Below, in pieces: positions 1-9,012 of a stretch of 20,000 nucleotides of DNA. The notes beneath the pieces were generated by a model, which worked only from the letters and a program-made list of their open reading frames with translations, was not told the origin of the DNA and did not search any database. This stretch comes from an uncultured virus (IMG/VR IMGVR_UViG_3300042860_002775). Lineage: Duplodnaviria; Heunggongvirae; Uroviricota; Caudoviricetes. Within the stretch, counting starts at the first letter, position 1, and each line of letters begins with the position of its first letter. Where the stretch lies: IMG/VR virus record IMGVR_UViG_3300042860_002775; one strand, given 5' to 3'. The translations under genes were made by a program, and so were the position numbers.

Positions 1-376
1 GCGAACCTACGCCAAATAAAACTCTACTACCCGTGTCGTTTAAAAGTGCGTCCGATGGTATAAATGCTTTAACGGTCAAAGAAAAATTATTTCCCAAGTC
101 ATTTGCTTTTCCGTAGCAATACATGCTTAATTCATCCAATGGAGCATAATTAGCCGCAAAAGATAATCCGTTAGAACTTTGATAACCGTGCTGCGGCACT
201 GCAAAGTTAGCAAACCCACCAGAAACAACATATTCGGCCAAATCTGCCGCCGAAATTTTCTTTGTTTCCCCAGTAGGACTTGTTAATTCACTAACATCTA
301 CAATAGGAAGCCAGTCGCCATTTGCTACATTTGTTGAAGTAAGTGTGCGTAGTTCAGTTGTTTTCTGGTTGGCCAT
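1..376 (-). CDS. Partial (runs off window) probable virion structural / tail-fibre-like protein
   Basis: Manual translation from ATG at 376: MANQKTTELRTLTSTNVANGDWLPIVDVSELTSPTGETKKISAADLAEYV..., open to the window edge. N-terminus resembles the 'MANxKxxEL...DxLPIVDxS...TKKI' start of many phage tail/fibre proteins; TATTTATA upstream. Confidence 0.6.
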   Translation of the reverse strand, partial: MANQKTTELRTLTSTNVANGDWLPIVDVSELTSPTGETKKISAADLAEYVVSGGFANFAVPQHGYQSSNGLSFAANYAPLDELSMYCYGKANDLGNNFSLTVKAFIPSDALLNDTGSRVLFGVGS

Positions 377-458
377 AATAAAAATATCGTTTGATTATAA
401 ATATCAAGGCATACCCAAAAATATATATGATTTTATACTTTATAGGGAAGTTATTATA

Positions 459-1241
459 TTACCCTAGATTTTTTACTTTTTTTACAATGAACTTTACTAG
501 GGCACTGCGTAATATGTCGTCTTCATTGAATTCAAACGTATATATACCATGTTCTTTGCTGTCATCGTCATTGAACAGGTTGAATATTGCCTGAAATCCA
601 CTTCTTCCATTTATGTCTGATTGTTGAGGATCTCCGCACAAGAATATCTTACTAAACTCGCCTGCTCTGGTCATTAGTGTTATTAGTTCCTTTTTTGTGC
701 AATTCTGCATTTCATCGCCAATAACAGCCTTGGCATTCCAGTTCAATCCACGAAGATATCCAACTGGCAATCCTTCTATTCTTTCATCTTTTATTAGATA
801 TTGTATATCTTCTCGCGGCAATAGTTCATCAAGTTTGTCAATTAGTGGACGTTTATATGGACTCAACTTGTCATCTGCTTCGCCGGGTAATGTGCCCATT
901 TTTGTGTCAGCACTTTCTACGATGCTACGAACATAAAGTAAATCGCTTACTTTCTTCTCATTCATTAGCAGCAACGCCGCTAATACAGATAGATATGTTT
1001 TTGTTGAACCTGCTGGTCCAGAAACCAATAACATTTTTACTTTTTTATCTAACGCTAATTCTATAAATTTCTTTTGTTTTTCGGTCAGTTCTCTGTCTAA
1101 TATTCTTAGGTGATGTTCTATTTTTCCTCTTTGATGCACTACTGGACTTTTATCGTGTTTTATTTGTGGTTGTTGATGGTTATTGTTATTTTCTATATCG
1201 TTGTGCTTTTTCTTGTTCAGTAGGCGTTTTTTCTTTGACAT
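459..1241 (-). CDS. phoH: PhoH-like ATPase
   Basis: Walker A-like GPAGSTKT, MGTLPGEADDKLSPY, YLRGLNW, DEMQN, RAGEFSKIFLCGDPQQSD, DILRS: canonical PhoH motifs. Start chosen at MSKKK (1241), just after the upstream stop; 1265 is an alternative. Confidence 0.93.
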   Translation of the reverse strand: MSKKKRLLNKKKHNDIENNNNHQQPQIKHDKSPVVHQRGKIEHHLRILDRELTEKQKKFIELALDKKVKMLLVSGPAGSTKTYLSVLAALLLMNEKKVSDLLYVRSIVESADTKMGTLPGEADDKLSPYKRPLIDKLDELLPREDIQYLIKDERIEGLPVGYLRGLNWNAKAVIGDEMQNCTKKELITLMTRAGEFSKIFLCGDPQQSDINGRSGFQAIFNLFNDDDSKEHGIYTFEFNEDDILRSALVKFIVKKVKNLG

Positions 1242-1242
1242 A

Positions 1243-1614
1243 TTATTTTGTTTTTTTGTATTCAAAAAAGACGGACATCATGTCCAACTTTTGCATAACC
1301 TGTTTTGCCTGGCGGCAAGTTTCAAAATCATCGTGTTTTTTTGAAAACTCAATGATGTTTTGAATGTTTTCCCTAAAATCTTTTTGATTCATCAGTACCA
1401 CAAAATTTGAATTTTTGAAACTGAAGATCTCAACAACTGGCATTCTGTTTTTTATGCCATATTCAATGTTATTCAATATGCGACTGTTGATCTCGTGGCG
1501 ATGCGTTTCCAAATACTTTTCCATTTCCGTGTTTGATGACGGAAGTTCTATGACTTCGTATGAATTTTTTGACTTTGCCTTCGATCCAGACTTACTGCGT
1601 GGATTCTTTTTCAT
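1243..1614 (-). CDS. Hypothetical phage protein
   Basis: 123-aa ORF, tightly packed with neighbours on the same strand. Confidence 0.75.
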   Translation of the reverse strand: MKKNPRSKSGSKAKSKNSYEVIELPSSNTEMEKYLETHRHEINSRILNNIEYGIKNRMPVVEIFSFKNSNFVVLMNQKDFRENIQNIIEFSKKHDDFETCRQAKQVMQKLDMMSVFFEYKKTK

Positions 1615-1972
1615 ATACTGAAGATAAATATATCTCTAACAAAGATTTTCCCATTATATTCACAAACTTCTCGTTCTCAGACAATGTTTCTTCTCCTGTT
1701 GCATCAAGTATGATATGCATCACTTCATGAAAAAATGTTTCTGCCACCGTTTCTTCTGTTATTTTGACCACGGCTTCATATACCACGCCATCTTCTTCAT
1801 ATTTTCTATTTACTTCGCCAACTCCCTGCAAACGTATTAATTTCAAGTCTTCGTCCGCACAACCATAACAATCCTCTTTCTCAAACAAATCGGGCTCTAT
1901 TTGGACTTTATATTTGTGTCCAAAAAGTATAAATTCTTTCGGTATATTAAGTCGTTTTTCGGTATTAAACAC
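1592..1972 (-). CDS. Putative zincin-type metallopeptidase-like protein (HExxH)
   Basis: ETFFHEVMHIIL motif with downstream ENEKFV; GHKYKV..CYG..D...IRL pattern typical of small phage HExxH proteins. Confidence 0.7.
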   Translation of the reverse strand: MFNTEKRLNIPKEFILFGHKYKVQIEPDLFEKEDCYGCADEDLKLIRLQGVGEVNRKYEEDGVVYEAVVKITEETVAETFFHEVMHIILDATGEETLSENEKFVNIMGKSLLEIYLSSVYEKESTQ

Positions 1973-1986
1973 TACATATAAATATC

Positions 1987-2262
1987 ATGAGTGAACAAAA
2001 AGAACCAAATTTAATTGATAAGGCAAAAAGCCTGACCAAGGCCGCATATGACTGGAGCGTAAAGGACAAATTCAGCAAAGTTCCACCAGAAGTATTTGAA
2101 CAAAGAAAATCTATATGCCTATCTTGCCCAAATTGGGATACTGAAGCATTTAATGGGTTGGGAAAATGCAAACTGTGTGGATGCTCTGTGGCAAAATTAT
2201 ATATGCCAAGTTCTATTTGCCCAGATAAGCCTCCTAGATGGCATCCTGTATCTATTTCTTAG
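1987..2262 (+). CDS. Small Cys-rich (probable metal-binding) protein
   Basis: RKSICLSCP...CKLCGC...K......CP...W pattern, common in large phages. Confidence 0.75.
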   Translation: MSEQKEPNLIDKAKSLTKAAYDWSVKDKFSKVPPEVFEQRKSICLSCPNWDTEAFNGLGKCKLCGCSVAKLYMPSSICPDKPPRWHPVSIS

Positions 2263-2467
2263 TTTTCTGTTGACAAGTTCCACAACCAGCAAACAAACTT
2301 TCGCAATAAGAACAAAAGCCGGTAAATACTTGATGTATTCCACCGGCTTTGTACTTTAATAATACTATCTGATTCTTATTATCTTTGCACGAACGACAAA
2401 TATAAACACTACCATGGCTTTTTAGTGTATTTAGTTCCTGCTGTGTAATTTCTACTTCGTGAGGCAT
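2252..2467 (-). CDS. Small zinc-ribbon-like protein
   Basis: Three CxxC pairs (CRSC, CSYC, CGTC). Confidence 0.65.
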   Translation of the reverse strand: MPHEVEITQQELNTLKSHGSVYICRSCKDNKNQIVLLKYKAGGIHQVFTGFCSYCESLFAGCGTCQQKTKK

Positions 2468-2470
2468 ATC

Positions 2471-5392
2471 TCAAGAATATAGGTAATTAAAATACTGTTT
2501 ATAATTCAAATGACGCTCAGTTAAGAACTGAGTTAAGAACTTGTCTGCTTCTGGAAAACTCTTAAAAATACGATTTATTACGTCTATTCTAAATTGATCG
2601 CTGCCCATTTTACTATAATTATATATTTTCTGTACAATACGAATAGCGGCGCTGTCTTCGAAATTTAGTAATTTTTGAAGTATATTATCAACCTCCCTTA
2701 TACCCAAAATTTCTAAACGTGTATTCATTGCGTCAACAAATTTTTCTATATATTTGCCGCCACTGACATTTATTATCTCCGTACCAACATCCGTAAAATT
2801 AATCGAGTTGTTTTTTATATGCTCAAGAATATAATTCATCATTTCTTCTTTATCATCTGGATCCATATATTCCGTAGAGTATACAAGTAAGTTAAACGTA
2901 CCATAATCTGTAAAAATACTTGGATCTTTTGTACTAATTTTCTTTAAATTAAGCAATCTTTCTTTGCTGCTGTCTGCCAAACGTATCACGAGACTTATTG
3001 TGGCGTAATCAAATTTTTTTCCATTCTCTATAACATAATTCAACAACCCGCGAGGATCTTTCGTGAGACCTATATCCATACCCTCAACCGTGCTTGGAGA
3101 TATTCCCCCAATCATTTCAATAACTTGATTTACATCTTTTGCATGTTTTACAATCGCTTTTTTATCCAAATCAGTTAATTTTTTTACTTTTAATATTTTT
3201 GGAATTAGTCGAATAGGATCTACACCGTAGCGCAAGAGATTTTCAATCATATCGTGGCTCAACGAGTTATTTTTTACATCTATTATATAGTTCGTGACCG
3301 CTTTTATATTTTTTTCATCGTGAATACCTGAAAAAATATAAGCAAATTGAGAATCGGTCAACTTAGATCCAATCAATTTTAAAAGCTTGATAGCCAAAGA
3401 TTCTCTTTCTTTGATTGGGTATTTCGCAATAGCGAGTTCCACATTTCTATCATCCATTGAGTCCGAGTTACCGGTTTCAACAATCTGGTCAATCATTTTT
3501 TTCGCATCAACACAACCCAACAGCAACGGCGTTACAACCTCTGCATCCAATGAATTCTTTTTTAGATTAAAAATTGTGTTCGCTAATTTATCTGATTTTT
3601 TTGATCTAAAAAGTTCTTCGACATCATTTCCTGTCAACTTGTCGCCTTTCATATTCGCTATTCGTATGGCTATATCCTCGTTCCATCTATTTTGATAAAA
3701 TATAGTTCTGATTAATGCATAATCCAGCTTGATGCCGGGAATTGAAAGTATCTTTTCTATTGTTTTTTTATTATCGACGGCAAACTCTAGTATATATTCT
3801 GCTTCGCCCGCGCTGAGTGAAGATCCTTTTATTGAAAGAATATCGTTTTCAATCTTTTCCTTGTTTGTTGACCAATAGAACAAGACGGGTATGTCGGAAT
3901 AATCAATTCTATTTCTTTTTGTTTTGAGAATAAGATCGACCATCTTTTGTTTGTCTTTTGTTAGTTGCAACAAAGCCCCCAAGTCATCTGATGTTGTATT
4001 TCTAGTTCTTAGAAATCCCTCCGCAGCCTTGAAATCGTTCGCAACTATTCCCAGATTTATTTTATAACTTCTTCCTCTATCTTTTCTCTTTGATTTTTCA
4101 GCCTTCCATTCGTCTTCGCTCGGAAGGTCGGATGGATCTGGATTATCCAAATAACTTATTATCTCAAATTTAGAACTGTCTGTGAAAAATGCCTGACATC
4201 GTTCGTTTGAATGAATAACACCGTATCCTCCATCAAAGACCAACCCGTACCCAAGATCTTTTCTTAAAATTTTATTCCAGTTTACTGTTGATTTTCCACC
4301 AAGTTCATCACTTACCAGCTTGCAGAAATACCAAAACACGCCGACTCCAAGTTTTGCAAAGTCTGTGCCTGCTTTCGCCCTTCTTAGCAATTCCTCAATA
4401 TCTTCGACTTTATCCTTATATATTTCTATAATTTTCTTGATGTCCTTTTCGCCATCAGATGCTGTATACTTTGATACATCAATCTTTTTTATATTATTTT
4501 TTTCTTTCAATATAAAAATATATGGTCTTCCTGCCGCAAATGGAAAGTTTATAATTCCATTTTTTTTACCATAAAACTCGGCGGCTTTTTTCAACGGAAA
4601 ACAATATACACCCAGCGGAGTATCATAACTACTGTTTGGATTTATACCTGCCTTTATAAAATGAGTAAATGTGATGTATATGTCATCGCGGTCCATATAC
4701 TTATCAAGCATTTCGGTGTAAGGGATTTTTGGATTTTTTTCTCCACCACGCCGTTTTTCAGAAAGCAATCCAGAATCAAAAAACAGTTGATCTAATTTAT
4801 TTTTTACAAACTCTGGAACTTTGTCGCTTGCTGTTATTTTTTCCTTCAATCCATCAAAGTACATTTCATTTCCGACCAAAACTTTGTTTGCCTCGCCTAC
4901 ATCCGAATATTCAAACCCAATTGTTCCATCAGAATTTATTCCATTGATTTTTGCGCCTCCAAACACACTGGAAGGAATAATAGTTTTGATCAATTTCAAG
5001 AATATCTTGGCGCTTATATCGTTCTTTAGCCTCAATACCTTGAATCCCATTTTCTCTGACTGGTTGGCTATTTCCTTACTTACCATTCCCCATAATGGCA
5101 TATTAGAATACTTGTTCTTTACTTCTTGTATTCCCTTGTAAATTGATTTTGGGCTACCCGCTACACCAACCAATTTGACCATTCCACTATTCTGAACTCT
5201 TACCGCAACATATCCATTTTCATCTCCGTAAAATGTCCAGTTTCTTGCTCGCTCAACAAACTTATCTTTATCCCAACTCTTGCCTGTTGACTTTATATAA
5301 CTTTGATTGAAAATATCATACGCATTGTCCACATTTAGTGTGTCAAATGTGAATTCTGCCTCACCTAAAAATTTATCAATGGGATCCACCAT
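2471..5392 (-). CDS. Large multidomain phage protein (N-terminal domain, GINPxSxYxTPxG domain, C-terminal ~30-aa helical repeats)
   Basis: 973-aa ORF; domains separated by FLGE / LLSE-type motifs; repeated LLxxxxDxxKxIxxILxxKxxxL pattern in the C-terminal half. Confidence 0.85.
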   Translation of the reverse strand: MVDPIDKFLGEAEFTFDTLNVDNAYDIFNQSYIKSTGKSWDKDKFVERARNWTFYGDENGYVAVRVQNSGMVKLVGVAGSPKSIYKGIQEVKNKYSNMPLWGMVSKEIANQSEKMGFKVLRLKNDISAKIFLKLIKTIIPSSVFGGAKINGINSDGTIGFEYSDVGEANKVLVGNEMYFDGLKEKITASDKVPEFVKNKLDQLFFDSGLLSEKRRGGEKNPKIPYTEMLDKYMDRDDIYITFTHFIKAGINPNSSYDTPLGVYCFPLKKAAEFYGKKNGIINFPFAAGRPYIFILKEKNNIKKIDVSKYTASDGEKDIKKIIEIYKDKVEDIEELLRRAKAGTDFAKLGVGVFWYFCKLVSDELGGKSTVNWNKILRKDLGYGLVFDGGYGVIHSNERCQAFFTDSSKFEIISYLDNPDPSDLPSEDEWKAEKSKRKDRGRSYKINLGIVANDFKAAEGFLRTRNTTSDDLGALLQLTKDKQKMVDLILKTKRNRIDYSDIPVLFYWSTNKEKIENDILSIKGSSLSAGEAEYILEFAVDNKKTIEKILSIPGIKLDYALIRTIFYQNRWNEDIAIRIANMKGDKLTGNDVEELFRSKKSDKLANTIFNLKKNSLDAEVVTPLLLGCVDAKKMIDQIVETGNSDSMDDRNVELAIAKYPIKERESLAIKLLKLIGSKLTDSQFAYIFSGIHDEKNIKAVTNYIIDVKNNSLSHDMIENLLRYGVDPIRLIPKILKVKKLTDLDKKAIVKHAKDVNQVIEMIGGISPSTVEGMDIGLTKDPRGLLNYVIENGKKFDYATISLVIRLADSSKERLLNLKKISTKDPSIFTDYGTFNLLVYSTEYMDPDDKEEMMNYILEHIKNNSINFTDVGTEIINVSGGKYIEKFVDAMNTRLEILGIREVDNILQKLLNFEDSAAIRIVQKIYNYSKMGSDQFRIDVINRIFKSFPEADKFLTQFLTERHLNYKQYFNYLYS

Positions 5393-5431
5393 ATATACAA
5401 ATAAATATATGAATGGACCCCATTTATTATA

Positions 5432-5893
5432 TTAGGATGTGCATTTCATCAATATGTCATAATAATAAGTATAATCTTTGTTGGTATAAACCATTTTAGC
5501 TTTATGCTTAAAAACAGTTTTCACCGTTGCCATATCTTTGCCAATATCCTTCTCCTTGAAGTACCATTTGAACAAAAACTGATTGACCTGTATGTCTTGG
5601 GCAATATTACACCACTCTCTGTCCATCTTTGGATTTATAAGCCAATGACCAAACATTACGTGACATAGTTCGTGGCAAATAACAAACAACTTTTTATCGT
5701 GCTTGTATTTTTTCCAAACTTCTGGATTAGCGACGATTCTAAAGTTATTGTTATAGATTTCTAACTCAACAGATTCGGCGTCGTCGTCAAATACCATTGG
5801 TTCAAACCTATTCCACATTTCACCAAATACGGGATTGAGAATATCAAGCCTCATACTCAGCAGTTGATTTTCTCGTTTCTTCAGTTTTTTCAT
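5432..5893 (-). CDS. Putative metallopeptidase (HExxH)
   Basis: FVICHELCHVMFGH and NIAQDIQVNQ motifs, resembling DUF2201-type peptidase domains. Start reassigned to ATG 5893 (MKKLKKREN) because the longer ORF overlaps a terminator and another gene. Confidence 0.75.
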   Translation of the reverse strand: MKKLKKRENQLLSMRLDILNPVFGEMWNRFEPMVFDDDAESVELEIYNNNFRIVANPEVWKKYKHDKKLFVICHELCHVMFGHWLINPKMDREWCNIAQDIQVNQFLFKWYFKEKDIGKDMATVKTVFKHKAKMVYTNKDYTYYYDILMKCTS

Positions 5894-5920
5894 AAAAAAT
5901 AGGGGAGGTTTCCCTCCCCT
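5894..5920 (-). terminator. Rho-independent terminator
   Basis: Minus strand AGGGGAGG-GAAA-CCTCCCCT followed by ATTTTTT, just after the stop at 5925. Confidence 0.8.
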
Positions 5921-5924
5921 TGGT

Positions 5925-6146
5925 TCAGATGCGGGCTCGTCGAGCCTTCTTTTTGCTCTTGGGCTTTTCAGTCGTGCCAGCGACATACTTTTCACCAGCA
6001 GCCTTGCGACGAGCCGCACTTGCCCACGAGTTGCGAGTCTTCTTGCTCGCAAACTCATACTTCTTTCCTTCGTTGAGCAACTTCTCAACTTCGTCGGTAG
6101 AAGTTGCGCTCAAAATACGCTGTTTTAGACCTTGGTTGTTCTTCAT
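5925..6146 (-). CDS. Small basic hypothetical protein
   Basis: 73 aa, K/R-rich C-terminus, followed by a terminator. Confidence 0.75.
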   Translation of the reverse strand: MKNNQGLKQRILSATSTDEVEKLLNEGKKYEFASKKTRNSWASAARRKAAGEKYVAGTTEKPKSKKKARRARI

Positions 6147-6150
6147 ATAT

Positions 6151-6351
6151 TTAGACTCTGGCCTTCTTCTGGTTCAGGGGGCGGATTTCCAGCTTGCTAC
6201 CATCGGGGTATCGCTTGATGATACCTGTCCAATAGTCAAGCTCTCGCTGGGCATCCAACTTGGAGTCGTACTCCGAGTCGCTGACGCGGACGTTGTTCCG
6301 AAAAACAGCGTACATTGTGGTTTCAGTTTGTTCGAGCGTATTATTACTCAT
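6151..6351 (-). CDS. Hypothetical protein
   Basis: 66-aa ORF in operon-like packing. Confidence 0.7.
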   Translation of the reverse strand: MSNNTLEQTETTMYAVFRNNVRVSDSEYDSKLDAQRELDYWTGIIKRYPDGSKLEIRPLNQKKARV

Positions 6352-6366
6352 GTTTTGGTTTTTGTG

Positions 6367-6561
6367 TTATTCGTTGTAACGAGAATAGTTATAACTGTCC
6401 AGATAAGACAGTTCATCGCGAATGTCATGCTCATTGGGCTCAATCATGCCGGGAAGACCAACCTTCTTATACTGGACTTCGTCGCCATTTTCATCAGTCA
6501 CGATCTTCTTGGGACGACCGCGACCACGCTTGATAGTATATGTGTTAGATGTATCATTCAT
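6367..6561 (-). CDS. Small protein with AT-hook-like motif
   Basis: KRGRGRPKK motif; start at MNDTSN (6561) fits the promoter spacing. Confidence 0.65.
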   Translation of the reverse strand: MNDTSNTYTIKRGRGRPKKIVTDENGDEVQYKKVGLPGMIEPNEHDIRDELSYLDSYNYSRYNE

Positions 6562-6569
6562 ACTCATAT

Positions 6570-6597
6570 ACCTTACCATACTATCTTAAAATATCAA
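6570..6597 (-). promoter_or_regulatory. Sigma70-like promoter, outlier copy of the early-type architecture
   Basis: TTGATA-N16-TAAGGT-N8-ATG(6561). Confidence 0.5.
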
Positions 6598-6758
6598 GCA
6601 CAAAATATTAGAATAATTACTATTTATAATGACCGTGAGTAAGTTTAGCGTAAATGACCGAATACAACATGGTTATATACATTTTAAATGCTTGTGCGTG
6701 TGTATTGCTAAAGGCAAAAACCCCACATTTTATTTAAAGGGATTGATACGAACAATAT

Positions 6759-8435
6759 TTAGTTGGAAGTATTAGCTTCATTCACATTCATTATGTGATT
6801 GAACTCTGCTACACTCATACCAAGTTTGTTTGCGATGTCTATAGTCTTGGTATTCTTTGCTCCAAGCTTTTCTAATGCCGCTTTCTTTTCTTTTGGCGTC
6901 ATCATATGAAGCTCACGCTGTATTCTTTTGATTTCTTCTGGATCAATCGGAGCTTCATCAGTAAGTTTATCCAGAAAATCGGTTTGGCCAACATCTGTTT
7001 TCATTCCCGCAGTTATTGAACTTGCTGGCGTAAGTGGACCACCATTGCGAACATCTCTGTCAAGCCAATCAACTTTATATTCTTCAATGTTTCCAAGTAT
7101 GGTTGGAAAATCCTTATACAATCTTTCAACGTAGTTCCATTTTTCAATCACTTCAGCCTTGTTGTTCCAGAATGATATTATTTTTTTTCTATACCATAAT
7201 CTGCCAGCTAATCCACCGGATTTTACTCTAAATGCGCCAGGATCATCATCGTCATGAACTTTACCAGATTTGATAAAATCTGCCAATGGACCAGAACTTA
7301 CAGAATCAAACATAGCTTCAAAATCTGATATTTCAATTTCTCGATTAGAAACCATATCATAAAAATCACGCATATCTTCTTCAGTGGCTTTAATATACTC
7401 CATATTTTCGTGAGCGTATTGAAGAATTTCCATTATATCAGTATGTACTCCACCCTCATTGATTGCTGAAAATTTTGGATAAATAAAAAATGCTATAGCG
7501 TCGCCATCCATATATTTCGCAATCTTGAACTCTCCATCAACACTAAGCACCGTATCTGGGCTTTCTTTCAACAAATCTTTCAGCTTGATATGTCCTTCAA
7601 GTGCTGGCATTGCTGCGGTTGCTTTTGCTGGGTAGTCAAATCCTTTTGCTGCTTTTTTATCCTGCCTGTTCCAAAAACTTGGACTATAATCTGCCTTATC
7701 TTTCTTGAAATGTTTTTGTGCTTTCAATGCCTGTATTTCTTCTGGGCTCAATTTTTCTTTGTCGTCGGGAATATTACCGGTCAATTCTTTGTATGTATAA
7801 ATTCCGCGACTATCAATAAATTCATACAATGCAGTTTCAAGATTCATGTTATAGTTTTTCATGAAACTATATACTTGATTCATATATGGCATCACCCTGT
7901 CTTTTTCATTCCAAAAACTTACTACATTTGCATCTACCCAAATTCTACCAGCAAGTTCATTTGATTCATCGTCGTTGCCACCGCCCCGAATATCAAGCTT
8001 TTTAAAATATTCTCTATGCTTTTCTAGATACTTGCGAACATCTTCAAGACTGCTCGCATTTAGGCCGTGAAAATAACACTCATATGCTTTGTCTCTTTTT
8101 GCTATAAGTCCAGGATCGCCATCCATACGTCTAAATTCATAATTACGTTCAAACACATCTTGTTTCCCACGCGAACTATGCCCAGCATATCTAAGAATCA
8201 AATCCAGGCTTCCGTGCGTTCCGCGATGCAGATATATTATTATCTTGTCTTTTGGTTCTATAAAGAATGGATATGCGTCAGGATCATCCCACCGAATAGA
8301 TACCGTTTCTTTGCGTTTTATTCCAAGTTTTTCAAGTTTTTGAACATCCGAAGGGCTGACAAAAAATCTGTCTGGACTTTCAGTCATTATACTTTCCAGC
8401 AAAAACTCTATATCAAATGGAATACGCTTTTTCAT
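6759..8435 (-). CDS. Large phage protein with two tandem homologous domains
   Basis: Duplicated motifs ESPD...LAGRIWVDANVVSFWN and ESPD...LAGRLWYRKKIISFWN. Start reassigned to ATG 8435 (MKKRIPF). Confidence 0.85.
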   Translation of the reverse strand: MKKRIPFDIEFLLESIMTESPDRFFVSPSDVQKLEKLGIKRKETVSIRWDDPDAYPFFIEPKDKIIIYLHRGTHGSLDLILRYAGHSSRGKQDVFERNYEFRRMDGDPGLIAKRDKAYECYFHGLNASSLEDVRKYLEKHREYFKKLDIRGGGNDDESNELAGRIWVDANVVSFWNEKDRVMPYMNQVYSFMKNYNMNLETALYEFIDSRGIYTYKELTGNIPDDKEKLSPEEIQALKAQKHFKKDKADYSPSFWNRQDKKAAKGFDYPAKATAAMPALEGHIKLKDLLKESPDTVLSVDGEFKIAKYMDGDAIAFFIYPKFSAINEGGVHTDIMEILQYAHENMEYIKATEEDMRDFYDMVSNREIEISDFEAMFDSVSSGPLADFIKSGKVHDDDDPGAFRVKSGGLAGRLWYRKKIISFWNNKAEVIEKWNYVERLYKDFPTILGNIEEYKVDWLDRDVRNGGPLTPASSITAGMKTDVGQTDFLDKLTDEAPIDPEEIKRIQRELHMMTPKEKKAALEKLGAKNTKTIDIANKLGMSVAEFNHIMNVNEANTSN

Positions 8436-8436
8436 C

Positions 8437-8613
8437 TTATAATAATTTACTCTTTGGTTTAAAAGGATTATTTTCTGCACGAAATGCGTGCTTTTGATCT
8501 ATGCCTTGTTTCACGATATTAGCCGCTGCTGCATTATAATTTGGAGACTTTGTTATATCAGGTTGCATATCTCTAATAACCTTGCCTAATTCATTTTGAT
8601 TTACGTTGTTCAT
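8437..8613 (-). CDS. Small hypothetical protein (58 aa, not in ORF track)
   Basis: MNNVNQNELGKVIRDMQPDITKSPNYNAAAANIVKQGIDQKHAFRAENNPFKPKSKLL; fills the gap exactly, TATTTATA upstream. Confidence 0.65.
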   Translation of the reverse strand: MNNVNQNELGKVIRDMQPDITKSPNYNAAAANIVKQGIDQKHAFRAENNPFKPKSKLL

Positions 8614-8618
8614 GTTTG

Positions 8619-8960
8619 TTATCTATAAATAGCACGAATGCCAGCATCCGAACCGGTAATATTCACCGTTGCACCTATTTTCACGATGGTATTAGGATCA
8701 TATGATGCAGTAAATCCTTTTACCGTAGTATACCAGAATGCTCCAGCACTATAAATTGTGTGCGGAGGATATATGGCATAATAATCAAAACTATAATATA
8801 CTTGGCTGGCTGATAGCTGAACAATATCTCCATTTGATATAACTTGGTTGATTGGATATATTTGCTCGGTTTTTTGGTCATTAAACGCAAACGTAGAACC
8901 TTTCCAGAGTGGAAATTCGGTAGAATTGTAATTTAATGGATTGATCGAAAATACCGCCAT
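8619..8960 (-). CDS. Hypothetical protein, possibly virion-associated
   Basis: 113 aa, aromatic/beta-rich composition; TATTTATA upstream. Confidence 0.7.
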   Translation of the reverse strand: MAVFSINPLNYNSTEFPLWKGSTFAFNDQKTEQIYPINQVISNGDIVQLSASQVYYSFDYYAIYPPHTIYSAGAFWYTTVKGFTASYDPNTIVKIGATVNITGSDAGIRAIYR

Positions 8961-9012
8961 ATTTTATATAAATTATAAATATAACACCGCAAGCATAGTT
9001 ATATATGAATAT

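Noticed and set aside
5920..6642. 240-aa plus-strand ORF and the extended 5432-6088 start
   Set aside because: They overlap three better minus-strand genes and a terminator.
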